From: Waddliaceae bacterium
GTDB lineage: Bacteria; Chlamydiota; Chlamydiia; Chlamydiales; SLFE01
NCBI GenBank assembly: GCA_963783885.1
Contig: CAWAPJ010000029.1
Coordinates: 37,593-101,592 of the forward strand
Length of the DNA: 64,000 nt
Direction of reading: 5' to 3'
Within the stretch, counting starts at the first letter, position 1, and every line of letters starts with the position of its first letter. A model generated the notes under the pieces. The model was not told the DNA's origin and did not search any database. It was given only the letters and a program-made list of their open reading frames with translations. A program made the translations under genes and the position numbers. Below, piece after piece: positions 55,963-64,000 of this stretch.

Positions 55963-56479
55963 TCACTGCCAGACAAAGCTTATAGCAGGCTGTCGGCAGG
56001 AAGGGGACGACGCCGACAAGCAGCGCTTTTTGAATATCCATAAAAAAGAGAAGCCATGTGATGCCGAAAAAGTAGATAGTCAATTGCCCTGACAAAACCG
56101 CAAGGGTCGACATCAACCAGGTTCTTTCTTTTCGAAACTCTAAAAGGAAGCCTGTCACATAGGCGGCTATCGGGAATCCAACGAGATACCCCCCTTTGGG
56201 GCTGATGATCCAAAACGGGTCAATGCTCATCCCTGAAAGGACGGGAAAGCCTGCTGTCGCCTCCAGCAAGTAGAGGAGAAGGGAAAAGGATGCTTTTTTC
56301 CCTCCCTGAGCGATTGCAAGCAAAAAGACTCCGAGGGTCTGCAGGGTCATCGGTATTGGTTCCAGAGGCACCTTCATTTGGGAAATGACGGCCATGAATA
56401 GGCTCCCCAAGATGACATGGGCGGCATAGATGGCATAGGACTTTGTTTTTGTATTGGCAATAGTTTGTGTGTTGTCCAT
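55931..56479 (-). CDS. bioY: biotin transporter S-component
   Basis: I set the start at MDNTQTIA (56479). BioY blocks are present (PIPMTLQTLGVFLLA, GGYLVGFPIAAYVTGFL). Confidence 0.8.
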   Translation of the reverse strand: MDNTQTIANTKTKSYAIYAAHVILGSLFMAVISQMKVPLEPIPMTLQTLGVFLLAIAQGGKKASFSLLLYLLEATAGFPVLSGMSIDPFWIISPKGGYLVGFPIAAYVTGFLLEFRKERTWLMSTLAVLSGQLTIYFFGITWLLFFMDIQKALLVGVVPFLPTACYKLCLAVIAARIYGARS

Positions 56480-56573
56480 ACAAGCTCCTTCGGTTTCAAA
56501 GAGAGCTTTCAGAATGGCTGAAAGCAAAAAAAAGGTCAATCTTGATTATGAGTGCACAGCATTTGAAAATTTA

Positions 56574-56646
56574 TCAACGCGGAGTCGCGGAATATTTTAT
56601 TCTTTAATTTCTTATTGCACCCTTCGTCCCCGCGACTCCGCGTTGA
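56574..56646. repeat. perfect 17-bp inverted repeat with 39-nt spacer in the bioY upstream region
   Basis: TCAACGCGGAGTCGCGG (56574..56590) pairs with CCGCGACTCCGCGTTGA (56630..56646). There is no adjacent T-tract on either strand. Confidence 0.85.
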
Positions 56647-56674
56647 ATTTTTACAAAAATTGTGCAAAAAAGGT

Positions 56675-57124
56675 TTAGTTTTCCCAGGGAACTTGGGTGC
56701 AAGTGGCTACCCAGCCCATCCAGCTGTCTTTGACATGAGTGATTTTATATCCCTTATCTTCCAATAGCTTTTTCACTTTGACTGCAGTGTGCGGTGTTTC
56801 TGATTGCAGGCGCGACTCATTGATCCACTTGCCGGCAATCGAAAGAATTGTGCAAGAAGTATAGTACTTTTTAGAATTCTCTTCATTGCACTGCAGTCTT
56901 GAGGGAATCTGATTTTCTGTCTTAGTCCCTAGAATTGTAAGCATTCGGCCATCTGCGTCCCCAGGTAACTTGCCGAGGCTTCGGTCTGCTTCGTTGTCCT
57001 GCTTCGGCAACCCCATGAGGGGTTGTCTGCATCGGACGCCTTGCAGCCCTTTGCCCGGGCCGCGTTCTCTGGGGACGCAGATGGCCGAATGCTTACCTAG
57101 AATTGAACGGGTTTGCAGTTGCAT
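56675..57124 (-). CDS. small hypothetical ORF carrying an in-frame MITE insertion
   Basis: The 149-aa ORF has residues about 11-66 encoded by the MITE plus one TSD copy, with ILG duplicated. Excising them leaves a ~93-aa protein of unknown family. Confidence 0.4.
   Translation of the reverse strand: MQLQTRSILGKHSAICVPRERGPGKGLQGVRCRQPLMGLPKQDNEADRSLGKLPGDADGRMLTILGTKTENQIPSRLQCNEENSKKYYTSCTILSIAGKWINESRLQSETPHTAVKVKKLLEDKGYKITHVKDSWMGWVATCTQVPWEN
56928..56937. repeat. left copy of the 10-bp target-site duplication CCTAGAATTG
   Basis: It is identical to 57096..57105 and directly abuts the left TIR. Confidence 0.8.
56938..57095. mobile_element. 158-bp non-autonomous MITE-like element
   Basis: It has perfect 25-bp terminal inverted repeats: TAAGCATTCGGCCATCTGCGTCCCC (56938..56962) and GGGGACGCAGATGGCCGAATGCTTA (57071..57095). 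It has no internal transposase ORF and is flanked by 10-bp direct repeats. Confidence 0.8.
57096..57105. repeat. right copy of the 10-bp target-site duplication CCTAGAATTG
   Basis: It is identical to 56928..56937 and directly abuts the right TIR. Confidence 0.8.
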
Positions 57125-57132
57125 TTTTCTCC

Positions 57133-57798
57133 TTATTCAAAATTAAATCCGGCTTCGGCTAACTCTTTCATAAACGCAGGGGGCAATGAAGTTTCTTTAA
57201 TTTCTTTTTTAGTGCCTGCAGATAACTTGACTGAGTGTTCAGCGCCTTTTCTTATGAGTTTGCAAAAGGCTTCTTCAACATATTGGTATCCTCCTCTTGC
57301 GCCCAGCCTGATCAAATTGATTAATGTGAAGTTATAATGGATTTGTTCAAACTGATCAGTGACGTCAGATTTATCTTTGAATGTGAATTTATCCGCCACA
57401 AAGTCAAGAACGTCTTTAAAATGAGAATCGATGGTGTCTTCAGATTTTCTCATTCGGAAAACAATATCTATCGATTGTTTGGGAGTTAAAGACTCCAGCG
57501 TGAGAAACTCGTTTAAAGGCAAAAAATCTCGGTCATCCCATGAGAATGAGACGGGATTCAACAAGAAGCCGTAGGTGAATAATTTGAAGGCTATAGGTGC
57601 AGGACAGTTAGCGTCGGAAGCGATGCCTTTCAGTTTTCGAAGCAGTTGGGCGTTTGATGGATTCTCAGAGTCATTCAAGATGCTTGCGCCCAATTCATGA
57701 ATTCGGTTTTTTATCTTTTCTCTATCAGCTTGGGGAGAAAGGCTGAGCGCTTTTGTAGTGAGTTCAGAAATTGAGAGTTCTTTACTTTCGATATTCAT
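57133..57798 (-). CDS. hypothetical protein
   Basis: This is a 221-aa ORF. Its ATG overlaps the stop of the ABC permease gene (ATGA). No family is recognised. Confidence 0.5.
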   Translation of the reverse strand: MNIESKELSISELTTKALSLSPQADREKIKNRIHELGASILNDSENPSNAQLLRKLKGIASDANCPAPIAFKLFTYGFLLNPVSFSWDDRDFLPLNEFLTLESLTPKQSIDIVFRMRKSEDTIDSHFKDVLDFVADKFTFKDKSDVTDQFEQIHYNFTLINLIRLGARGGYQYVEEAFCKLIRKGAEHSVKLSAGTKKEIKETSLPPAFMKELAEAGFNFE

Positions 57799-58640
57799 AC
57801 TGATCCTCCAATTTTTTTGATCTGCAGAATCATGCTGAGAATATAGGCGGCGCCGGCAAGGAGGGCGATCGTCGCTCCTGATGGCCAGTCGAGATAGAAA
57901 GATGAGGCGATTCCGGTAAATGAGAACACAGCGCTGAAGAGAACGGCGATGGCCATCATCAATGAGAGCCGGGATGTGATCATGTTCGCAATAGCTGCGG
58001 GAATAGCAAGCAGAGTCATCACGAGTATGATCCCCACAACATAAATTAAAAGGACGATAGTGATGGCGATTAAAGAGAGAAGCAAAAGATAGATGAGGTT
58101 GACATTTGCGCCCTGGAGAAGCGCTTGCTCCTCGTCAAAGCAGATAACGAGAAATCGCTTGTGCATCAGGAAAACGGCGGCGAGGACAATGATGTCTAAA
58201 ACAAGCAAAAATAGAAGATTGGCTGGGGAGACCCAAAGAATATTTCCGATGAGGAAACTGGTCAGCTCGACATTAAAACCCGGAGTTTGGGACATAAAGA
58301 TAATTCCGATCGCCATTCCCACCGACCAAACGGCCGCAATCACGGTATCTTCCCGCTGGCGGTAATGGAGGTGGATCCATCCCATGATAAGGGCGGAAAT
58401 GATTCCTGCTGCAAGGGCTCCGTAGAGGGGAGACATCCAGGCGACATTTTTTGCCCGCTCAAGCCAGACGCAAAAACCGATGCCTCCAAGAACGGAATGG
58501 GCGATGCTTCCGCTGATGAACACAATGCGTTTGACCACGACATAGGACCCGATGATGCCGCTGCAGATAGAAGCCAGGAAACCGGCGATCACGGCATAGA
58601 ATAAGAGGGCGTTGGATTGAATGGCTTCAAAAAATTCCAT
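57795..58640 (-). CDS. metal (Zn/Mn/Fe) ABC transporter permease, ABC-3 family
   Basis: I set the start at MEFFEAIQSNALLFYAVIAG (ATG at 58640). It has about 8 TMs in the ZnuB/TroC/YtgC style. Confidence 0.8.
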   Translation of the reverse strand: MEFFEAIQSNALLFYAVIAGFLASICSGIIGSYVVVKRIVFISGSIAHSVLGGIGFCVWLERAKNVAWMSPLYGALAAGIISALIMGWIHLHYRQREDTVIAAVWSVGMAIGIIFMSQTPGFNVELTSFLIGNILWVSPANLLFLLVLDIIVLAAVFLMHKRFLVICFDEEQALLQGANVNLIYLLLLSLIAITIVLLIYVVGIILVMTLLAIPAAIANMITSRLSLMMAIAVLFSAVFSFTGIASSFYLDWPSGATIALLAGAAYILSMILQIKKIGGSV

Positions 58641-59365
58641 CAGTGATCGGCTCCTTGAATGAGGGGAGGGTGGTACACGCCGTATGCAAAATGTTGGCAA
58701 ACTTGTTCCGGGGTCATTTCAGTGACGCCTTTCTGAACAGAGAGGACTTTTTTCGTGTCGTGAATCACGGTTCGGAGATTATGCGTCACCATCACGACTG
58801 TCATTTTCGATGTCAACCCCTTGAGGATTCTTAGGATATCCTCCGAGGTTTCGGGGTCGATACTGGCTGTCGGTTCGTCGAGTATCAGGATTTCAGGATG
58901 AGCCGACAGGGCCCTTGCAATCAGAACGCGTTGAGCCTGTCCTGTCGACAGGGTGCCGAAGGGGCGGTATTGCAAATCTGAAAGCCTGACAGTTTCTAGC
59001 GCCTTTCGCGCGGCTTCTTTGTCTTTGTTGCAATAGCGTCCATACCAGTTGAGGTGCGAGAGGCGGCCCGAGAGGACTAGTTCAAAAACCGAAATGGGAA
59101 ACTCGCGGTCGACGTGCATTGCTTGAGGGACGTAGCCGATGCGGGAGCCGGCCTGCCGGGGCGGTTTTCCCAAAATCTCGATCACTCCCGAACTGGGCTG
59201 CAGCAACCCCAGCATCAGTTTAAGAAGCGTTGTTTTTCCGCTTCCGTTGGGGCCGATCACCCCGACAAAATCTCCCTGATCAATGAAAAAATTCATGTTT
59301 TCGAGGACAAACATATGGTTGTATCCAAAAGAGACATCTTTAAATTGAATCGCATGAGAAGTCAT
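58640..59365 (-). CDS. metal ABC transporter ATP-binding protein
   Basis: It has Walker A (GPNGSGKTT), the signature LSTGQAQR, and Walker B (ILILDEP). Confidence 0.85.
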   Translation of the reverse strand: MTSHAIQFKDVSFGYNHMFVLENMNFFIDQGDFVGVIGPNGSGKTTLLKLMLGLLQPSSGVIEILGKPPRQAGSRIGYVPQAMHVDREFPISVFELVLSGRLSHLNWYGRYCNKDKEAARKALETVRLSDLQYRPFGTLSTGQAQRVLIARALSAHPEILILDEPTASIDPETSEDILRILKGLTSKMTVVMVTHNLRTVIHDTKKVLSVQKGVTEMTPEQVCQHFAYGVYHPPLIQGADH

Positions 59366-59370
59366 AAAGG

Positions 59371-60273
59371 TTATTTGCCTGCGAATTTTGCGGCGATGCG
59401 CCTCATTTCGTGGATATAGTCATCAGCATAGGGGTCGAGAACTATCAGCTTGGCTCCCAGCTGCTCGGCTACAAGCCGGGCTCCTTTATTGTTGAACTGC
59501 TTTAGTATAAAGATCGTTTTCACATTGTGCTTTTGGGCTGTTTCGAGAATCGTCGTGAGCTGTTTGGGAGTCGGCTCTTTTCCTTCGAACTCGATCGCAT
59601 ACTGGGTAAGGTTGTAATCCCGCGCAAAATAGCTGTAGGCGGGATGAGAGACGAAGATGGTCCTGTCTTTTAGCGGAGACAGGACGGTGCGGATTTCGTC
59701 GTCAAGAGCTTCAAGATCTTTGATCAATCCTTGCAGATTTTGTTCGTATAATTGTGCGTGCTCCGGATATCGTTTTTCTAGCTCGCCCGCGACAGCTTTG
59801 GACTGGGCGATCATAATTTTGGGGCTTAGCCAATAATGGAGGTCGCATCCTTCGCTGCAGTGTTTGCATTCCTGATGCTTAGCCTGGCATATCAGATCGA
59901 CTCCTTTTCTTAGGTCGAGCATCGTCATTTGAGGATTGTAGCTTTGCAGGGAGGGCAGTGCCTTTTGTTCAAAAGGTTCTCCGGTTGTCAGCCAGATATC
60001 GGCTTTGCTTGCCTGCATCATCTGTTTGGGTGTGGGTTCATAGGTGTGCATATTCGATCCAGGGGGAACCAAGACGATGGCGCGGACCGTATCGCCGGCG
60101 ATTCTTTGGACGATATATTTGTAGGGATTGATGCTGACGAGGACGATATGCGACCTGGTATCTCCCGGACTCGGCGAATCGCTTGATTTCCCTTGAGCCG
60201 GCAGAATGCAGAGAGGGGTGATCAAAAGTAAAAATACAGCAAAAATTTTAAACCGCTTGAAACATGCCTTCAT
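59371..60273 (-). CDS. metal ABC transporter substrate-binding protein (ZnuA/TroA cluster 9)
   Basis: I set the start at MKACFKRFKIFAVFLLLITPLCILPAQG (signal peptide, ATG at 60273). It contains NMHTYEP, a Cys/His-rich loop (HQECKHCSEGCDLHYW), and SHPAYSYF. Confidence 0.8.
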   Translation of the reverse strand: MKACFKRFKIFAVFLLLITPLCILPAQGKSSDSPSPGDTRSHIVLVSINPYKYIVQRIAGDTVRAIVLVPPGSNMHTYEPTPKQMMQASKADIWLTTGEPFEQKALPSLQSYNPQMTMLDLRKGVDLICQAKHQECKHCSEGCDLHYWLSPKIMIAQSKAVAGELEKRYPEHAQLYEQNLQGLIKDLEALDDEIRTVLSPLKDRTIFVSHPAYSYFARDYNLTQYAIEFEGKEPTPKQLTTILETAQKHNVKTIFILKQFNNKGARLVAEQLGAKLIVLDPYADDYIHEMRRIAAKFAGK

Positions 60274-60373
60274 CGTGATAAAATTATAGGGGTCAATCCA
60301 TTTTTTTACAAATGAATTGAAATTCTCCGGATACGAGGTTATACTCCAAAGAATCTTTAAATAGGGGGTTCCC

Positions 60374-60919
60374 ATGCAGATAATCGACTCATTGCAGCTC
60401 TCCCCTCGGGGAAAAAGGGCTGTTTGCATCGGCTTAGGAGCCGGGGCGGCAGTCATAGGGGAAGTGGTCAATCACGCTTTAACCTGGTACTCTTATGACG
60501 GCACGGATTCTTCCATGTCTTCAACTCGACATGGATTGTATGTTTTGGGCAATGTTGTCATTTTAGTTTCGGCCGGAGTTTTGACTTATAAGGCCGCCGA
60601 ACAGTTAAAAGAAAGGTTTGTCCTATTCGCGAGAAAAAACGAATATTCCCAACCTGTCTCTACAGCGGAGCTTGTTAAACGGAGCGCGGTAAGAGCGCTG
60701 GTTGTTTATGCAGGGGCGTCGGTTATCTCATTTGGCCTCTCATCGCTTAGAGCTACGGGAAATTGCCAGACAATAGTTCAGAAAGCGACAAATCCTAGCT
60801 GCTGGTTGGAAGGGGATACGGGGTTTGCAAGCACAATGAACATTACCGGGAGGCTTTCATTCTACCTCAGCGCGCTTGCCCTAGTTGTCTATGAGATTTA
60901 TTTTATGATCCTGCAATGA
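60374..60919 (+). CDS. hypothetical membrane protein
   Basis: The 181-aa ORF has about 4 hydrophobic segments. Its stop overlaps the dxr start (ATGA). Confidence 0.4.
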   Translation: MQIIDSLQLSPRGKRAVCIGLGAGAAVIGEVVNHALTWYSYDGTDSSMSSTRHGLYVLGNVVILVSAGVLTYKAAEQLKERFVLFARKNEYSQPVSTAELVKRSAVRALVVYAGASVISFGLSSLRATGNCQTIVQKATNPSCWLEGDTGFASTMNITGRLSFYLSALALVVYEIYFMILQ

Positions 60920-62052
60920 AAACAATCGCGATATTAGGTTCGACAGGTTCGATAGGCACGAGTACGCTTGAAGTCGCCGCGCATTTAGGCGATGCGATTC
61001 AGGTAGCTTCTCTTGCGGCCGGGGAAAATATCGACCTGCTGGAAAAGCAGGCGCGGCAATTTAAACCGAAGCTGGTTGCGGTTTACAATAAAGAAAGAGC
61101 TTTGGAGCTTAAGAGAAGGCTCCCCCATGCCGAGGTTGTCGGCGGTGCCGAAGGGCTGGCAGCTGCCGCGGCGCATCCCGACGTCGATTTTGTCGTTTCT
61201 GCCATTTCCGGTGCTATCGGCCTGAAACCCACAATTGAGGCGATTAAAGCCGGCAAGGATATCGGACTGGCCAATAAGGAAGTGCTTGTGGCCGGCGGCG
61301 AGCTGGTTATGAGGCTGATCAAAAAACATGGGGTTCGCCTCCTTCCTATCGACAGCGAGCACAGCGCTCTATTTCAGTGTCTTGCAGGGGAGAGGTCAAA
61401 AGATGTTGGCCGCCTGATTCTGACGGCATCCGGAGGGCCGTTTCGAGGATTTTCAGCAGACCGACTGACAAAAGTGACCGTAGAAGACGCTCTCAAACAC
61501 CCCAATTGGTCGATGGGGGCGAAAATCACCGTGGACTCTTCTACAATGATGAACAAAGGGCTTGAGGTCATTGAGGCCAGGTGGCTTTTTGATATTTCTG
61601 CCGATCGGATAGACGTTGTGGTTCATCCTCAAAGCATTATCCACAGCTTGGTCGAGTTTGTGGACGGATCGATAAAAGCCCAGATGTCAGAACCCAGCAT
61701 GCTGATGCCGATACAGTATGCCCTCACTTATCCCTGCAGGGCCCCCGGACTGCTGGCTCCATTTGACTTTATAGGGAATGGAATGTTAGAATTTCACGTA
61801 CCTGATAATAGAAAATTTCCCTGTCTGAATTTAGCCTATGAGGCCTTAAAGGCAGGGGGTAGCGCGCCATGCTACTTAAATGCTGCAAATGAGGCTCTTG
61901 TCGATCGGTTTTTAAAAAAACAAATACGCTGGATTGAGATCGGTCAAAAACTCCAAACCCTGCTCGGGCGACACCGCCTTGAGCCTATCGACTCTCTGGA
62001 GGAGATAATCGCCATAGATCAGGCGGCAAGAAGAGATGCAGAAAATATTTGA
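60916..62052 (+). CDS. dxr: 1-deoxy-D-xylulose 5-phosphate reductoisomerase
   Basis: Motifs: ILGSTGSIGTSTL, LANKE, PIDSEHSA, ILTASGGPF, NKGLEVIEA. Confidence 0.9.
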   Translation: MKTIAILGSTGSIGTSTLEVAAHLGDAIQVASLAAGENIDLLEKQARQFKPKLVAVYNKERALELKRRLPHAEVVGGAEGLAAAAAHPDVDFVVSAISGAIGLKPTIEAIKAGKDIGLANKEVLVAGGELVMRLIKKHGVRLLPIDSEHSALFQCLAGERSKDVGRLILTASGGPFRGFSADRLTKVTVEDALKHPNWSMGAKITVDSSTMMNKGLEVIEARWLFDISADRIDVVVHPQSIIHSLVEFVDGSIKAQMSEPSMLMPIQYALTYPCRAPGLLAPFDFIGNGMLEFHVPDNRKFPCLNLAYEALKAGGSAPCYLNAANEALVDRFLKKQIRWIEIGQKLQTLLGRHRLEPIDSLEEIIAIDQAARRDAENI

Positions 62053-62058
62053 GGATTC

Positions 62059-64000
62059 ATGATCGAGACATATTTATATTTTTTTCTTGCTATATTAGCT
62101 TTGGGATTTCTGATTTTTATTCACGAGCTCGGCCATTATTTTATGGCCAGGCATGTCGGAATGAAAGTCGAGGCTTTCGGTATCGGATTCGGCAAAGCGA
62201 TTTATACCTGGAAAAAAGACGGTGTTGAATGGCGCTGGAATTGGCTGCCGTTTGGCGGCTATGTCAAGATCGCAGGGATGGAGCTGCAAAAAGATCAGGA
62301 TCCCTTCTCGATACCGGGCGGTTTTTTTACAAAGAAACCTTTGGATCGAATCAAAGTCGCATTTGCGGGGCCTTTTGTCAATTTATTATTTGCCCTTGTG
62401 GCTTTCTCCCTCATTTGGGCGTCCGGCGGCCGGGAAAAACACTTTTCGGAATACACTAAGGTCATTGGCTGGGTCGATCCTAACTCAGAGCTTTACCAAA
62501 AAGGCGTTAGACCGGGAGATGAAATTGCCGCCTACGATGGCAATCCTTATATCTCATCCAAGGACAACCTTTTTGCTCCCATGACCGCCGATAAGACTCT
62601 TGAGGTTCAGGGTTTCAAGGTTGATTATCGCACAGGCGAGAAGACCCCTTTCGACTACACGGTAAAGCCCTATCCGCACCCTTCTTCTCTGAGTGACGAG
62701 ATTCTCACGTCAGGCATTCTCCAACCTGCGAGCCAAGTGATCTACCGCCCCTCGAAATTGACTCCTGAACAAAAAAAATTCATGCCAGCTGCTAGCAATG
62801 TGGGAGGCATTCAGGAAGGAGACCGCATTGTCTGGGTAGACGGTGTGAGAATTTTTTCTCAAAAAGAGCTGAAATCCGTTCTGAATGACGGCATGGCCCT
62901 GCTAACAATAAAAAGGGATGGCAAAACCCTTTTGCGGAGGGTTCCCCGCGTTCCGATTCATGAGCTGAAGCTCGACTTTGAGACAAAAGAAGAACTGACA
63001 GACTGGCAGCATGAGTCCGATTTAATCGATGTGGATATTCACGATCTTTTTGATGTTCCCTACAATCTGACCCATGATGCGGTTGTGGAAAATCGGCTGT
63101 CATTCATTGACAAAGAAATGCAGGATGAAATTTTCCCCGAGCACTATTTTTCTCAGGATTCGGCTCCTTTGGAAAAGGGGGACAGGATCATTGCTGTCGA
63201 CGGAGTTCCTGTCAAACAGTCGTATCAGCTTTTTTATCAGCTGCAGCAAAGAAAAGTCAATGTCATTGTCCTTAGGGATTCAAAACTTCCGGCGACTCTT
63301 CCCGCCTCTAAAGCCGATGAGCAGTTTCAAAACGAAGTTAATGTTAAAAATCTTAGCCTAATTGCCTCGACTATCGGCACAAAGTCCTTAACGCGGAAGT
63401 CGGGAGATTTGGTTCTCCTTGAGCCGATTGTTCCCAAAAAAAGGGAGGATCTCTTTACGACCCCGGAGGAAAAAGCCGAGTATCGAGAAAAGCTTTCGGA
63501 AAAAGAAAAGCAAATTGAAAATCTTGATAACGCAGAGTTTAAAGAACGGGCAAAAGAGCAGTTGGAACATGAGAAGAACGAGTTGATACTCGGGGTTATT
63601 GGAATTCAAGACCAAACCGTCACTTATAATCCGAATCCCTTTGTCATGTTTTGGGATGTGACAACAGAGATGTGGCATACACTGACAGCTCTCTTTTCAG
63701 GTTCTTTAAGTCCGAAATGGCTTAGCGGTCCTGTTGGGATAGTGCAGGCTGTCCAGCACAGTTGGGAAATAAGCTTTTCAGAAGCTCTTTATTGGATCGG
63801 GTTGATAAGCCTGAATCTGGGCTACCTCAATTTGCTGCCGATTCCTGTTCTCGACGGTGGGTATATCTGTGTTTTCCTGGCTGAAATGGTTACTGGAAAA
63901 AGGATTAAGCCGCAAGCTCTTGAAAAGCTGATTGTGCCCTTTTTCATATTGCTGATAGCCCTGCTTCTGTTTGTGACATTTCACGACATCGGCCGTATCT
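62059..64000 (+). CDS. rseP: RIP site-2 zinc metalloprotease RseP/YaeL family, C-terminus beyond the right edge
   Basis: My own translation from the ATG at 62059 gives MIETYLYFFLAILALGFLIFIHELGHYFMARHVGMKVEAFGIGFGK... (HExxH). Near the end, in frame, comes LNLGYLNLLPIPVLDGG. It is not in the ORF track because there is no stop in the window. Confidence 0.85.
   Translation, partial: MIETYLYFFLAILALGFLIFIHELGHYFMARHVGMKVEAFGIGFGKAIYTWKKDGVEWRWNWLPFGGYVKIAGMELQKDQDPFSIPGGFFTKKPLDRIKVAFAGPFVNLLFALVAFSLIWASGGREKHFSEYTKVIGWVDPNSELYQKGVRPGDEIAAYDGNPYISSKDNLFAPMTADKTLEVQGFKVDYRTGEKTPFDYTVKPYPHPSSLSDEILTSGILQPASQVIYRPSKLTPEQKKFMPAASNVGGIQEGDRIVWVDGVRIFSQKELKSVLNDGMALLTIKRDGKTLLRRVPRVPIHELKLDFETKEELTDWQHESDLIDVDIHDLFDVPYNLTHDAVVENRLSFIDKEMQDEIFPEHYFSQDSAPLEKGDRIIAVDGVPVKQSYQLFYQLQQRKVNVIVLRDSKLPATLPASKADEQFQNEVNVKNLSLIASTIGTKSLTRKSGDLVLLEPIVPKKREDLFTTPEEKAEYREKLSEKEKQIENLDNAEFKERAKEQLEHEKNELILGVIGIQDQTVTYNPNPFVMFWDVTTEMWHTLTALFSGSLSPKWLSGPVGIVQAVQHSWEISFSEALYWIGLISLNLGYLNLLPIPVLDGGYICVFLAEMVTGKRIKPQALEKLIVPFFILLIALLLFVTFHDIGRI

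Noticed and set aside
56480-56674. Riboswitch or small RNA gene upstream of bioY
   Set aside because: No biotin riboswitch class is known to me, and nothing beyond the single long inverted repeat is visible. It is reported only as an unexplained inverted repeat.
60274-60471. 66-codon N-terminal extension of the metal-binding SBP ORF
   Set aside because: A canonical signal peptide begins at the internal Met (60273). The extension has no features and runs into the divergent promoter region.

Overview
This 64-kb window looks like chromosomal DNA from a chlamydia-like (environmental Chlamydiae) bacterium. That placement is inferred from gene content only: two tandem ATP/ADP-translocase (Ntt) genes, a CT441-type tail-specific protease, eukaryotic-like kinases, and several large, AT-richer, lineage-specific putative effector genes set among compact housekeeping operons. 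Genes I can read include prpB-prpC-prpD (prpD runs off the left edge), a divergent beta-oxidation trio, pdxH, pgk, gltX, pgsA and rsmB. Also present are cyoABCDE, a Wbp-type 2,3-diacetamido-uronic-acid/O-antigen cluster with an AsnB-like amidotransferase, tRNA-Ser(GCU), an HMG-CoA-lyase-like gene, bioY with a stand-alone BPL_N protein, a metal ABC importer, dxr, and rseP (runs off the right edge). The strongest finding is a bufferin-type RiPP operon (27870-29770): a DUF692/MNIO enzyme, a DUF2063 partner and a Sec-signal 6-Cys precursor, preceded by a secreted Asn/His/Asp-rich protein, with an orphan second precursor at 17639-18052. Other findings are: a 158-bp MITE with perfect 25-bp TIRs and a 10-bp target-site duplication inserted in frame into a small ORF (56928-57105); a 60-aa singlet histone-fold protein (9989-10171); two genes (gloB, a Kef-type antiporter) broken by 1-nt frameshifts in short nucleotide runs (a T7 tract in kef, a GGGAA stretch in gloB); a two-member family of repeat proteins; an N/G/F-repeat protein with an HPD-less J-like domain; and a kinase/pseudokinase pair. 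All calls come from reading the sequence and ORF translations; no database search was run.
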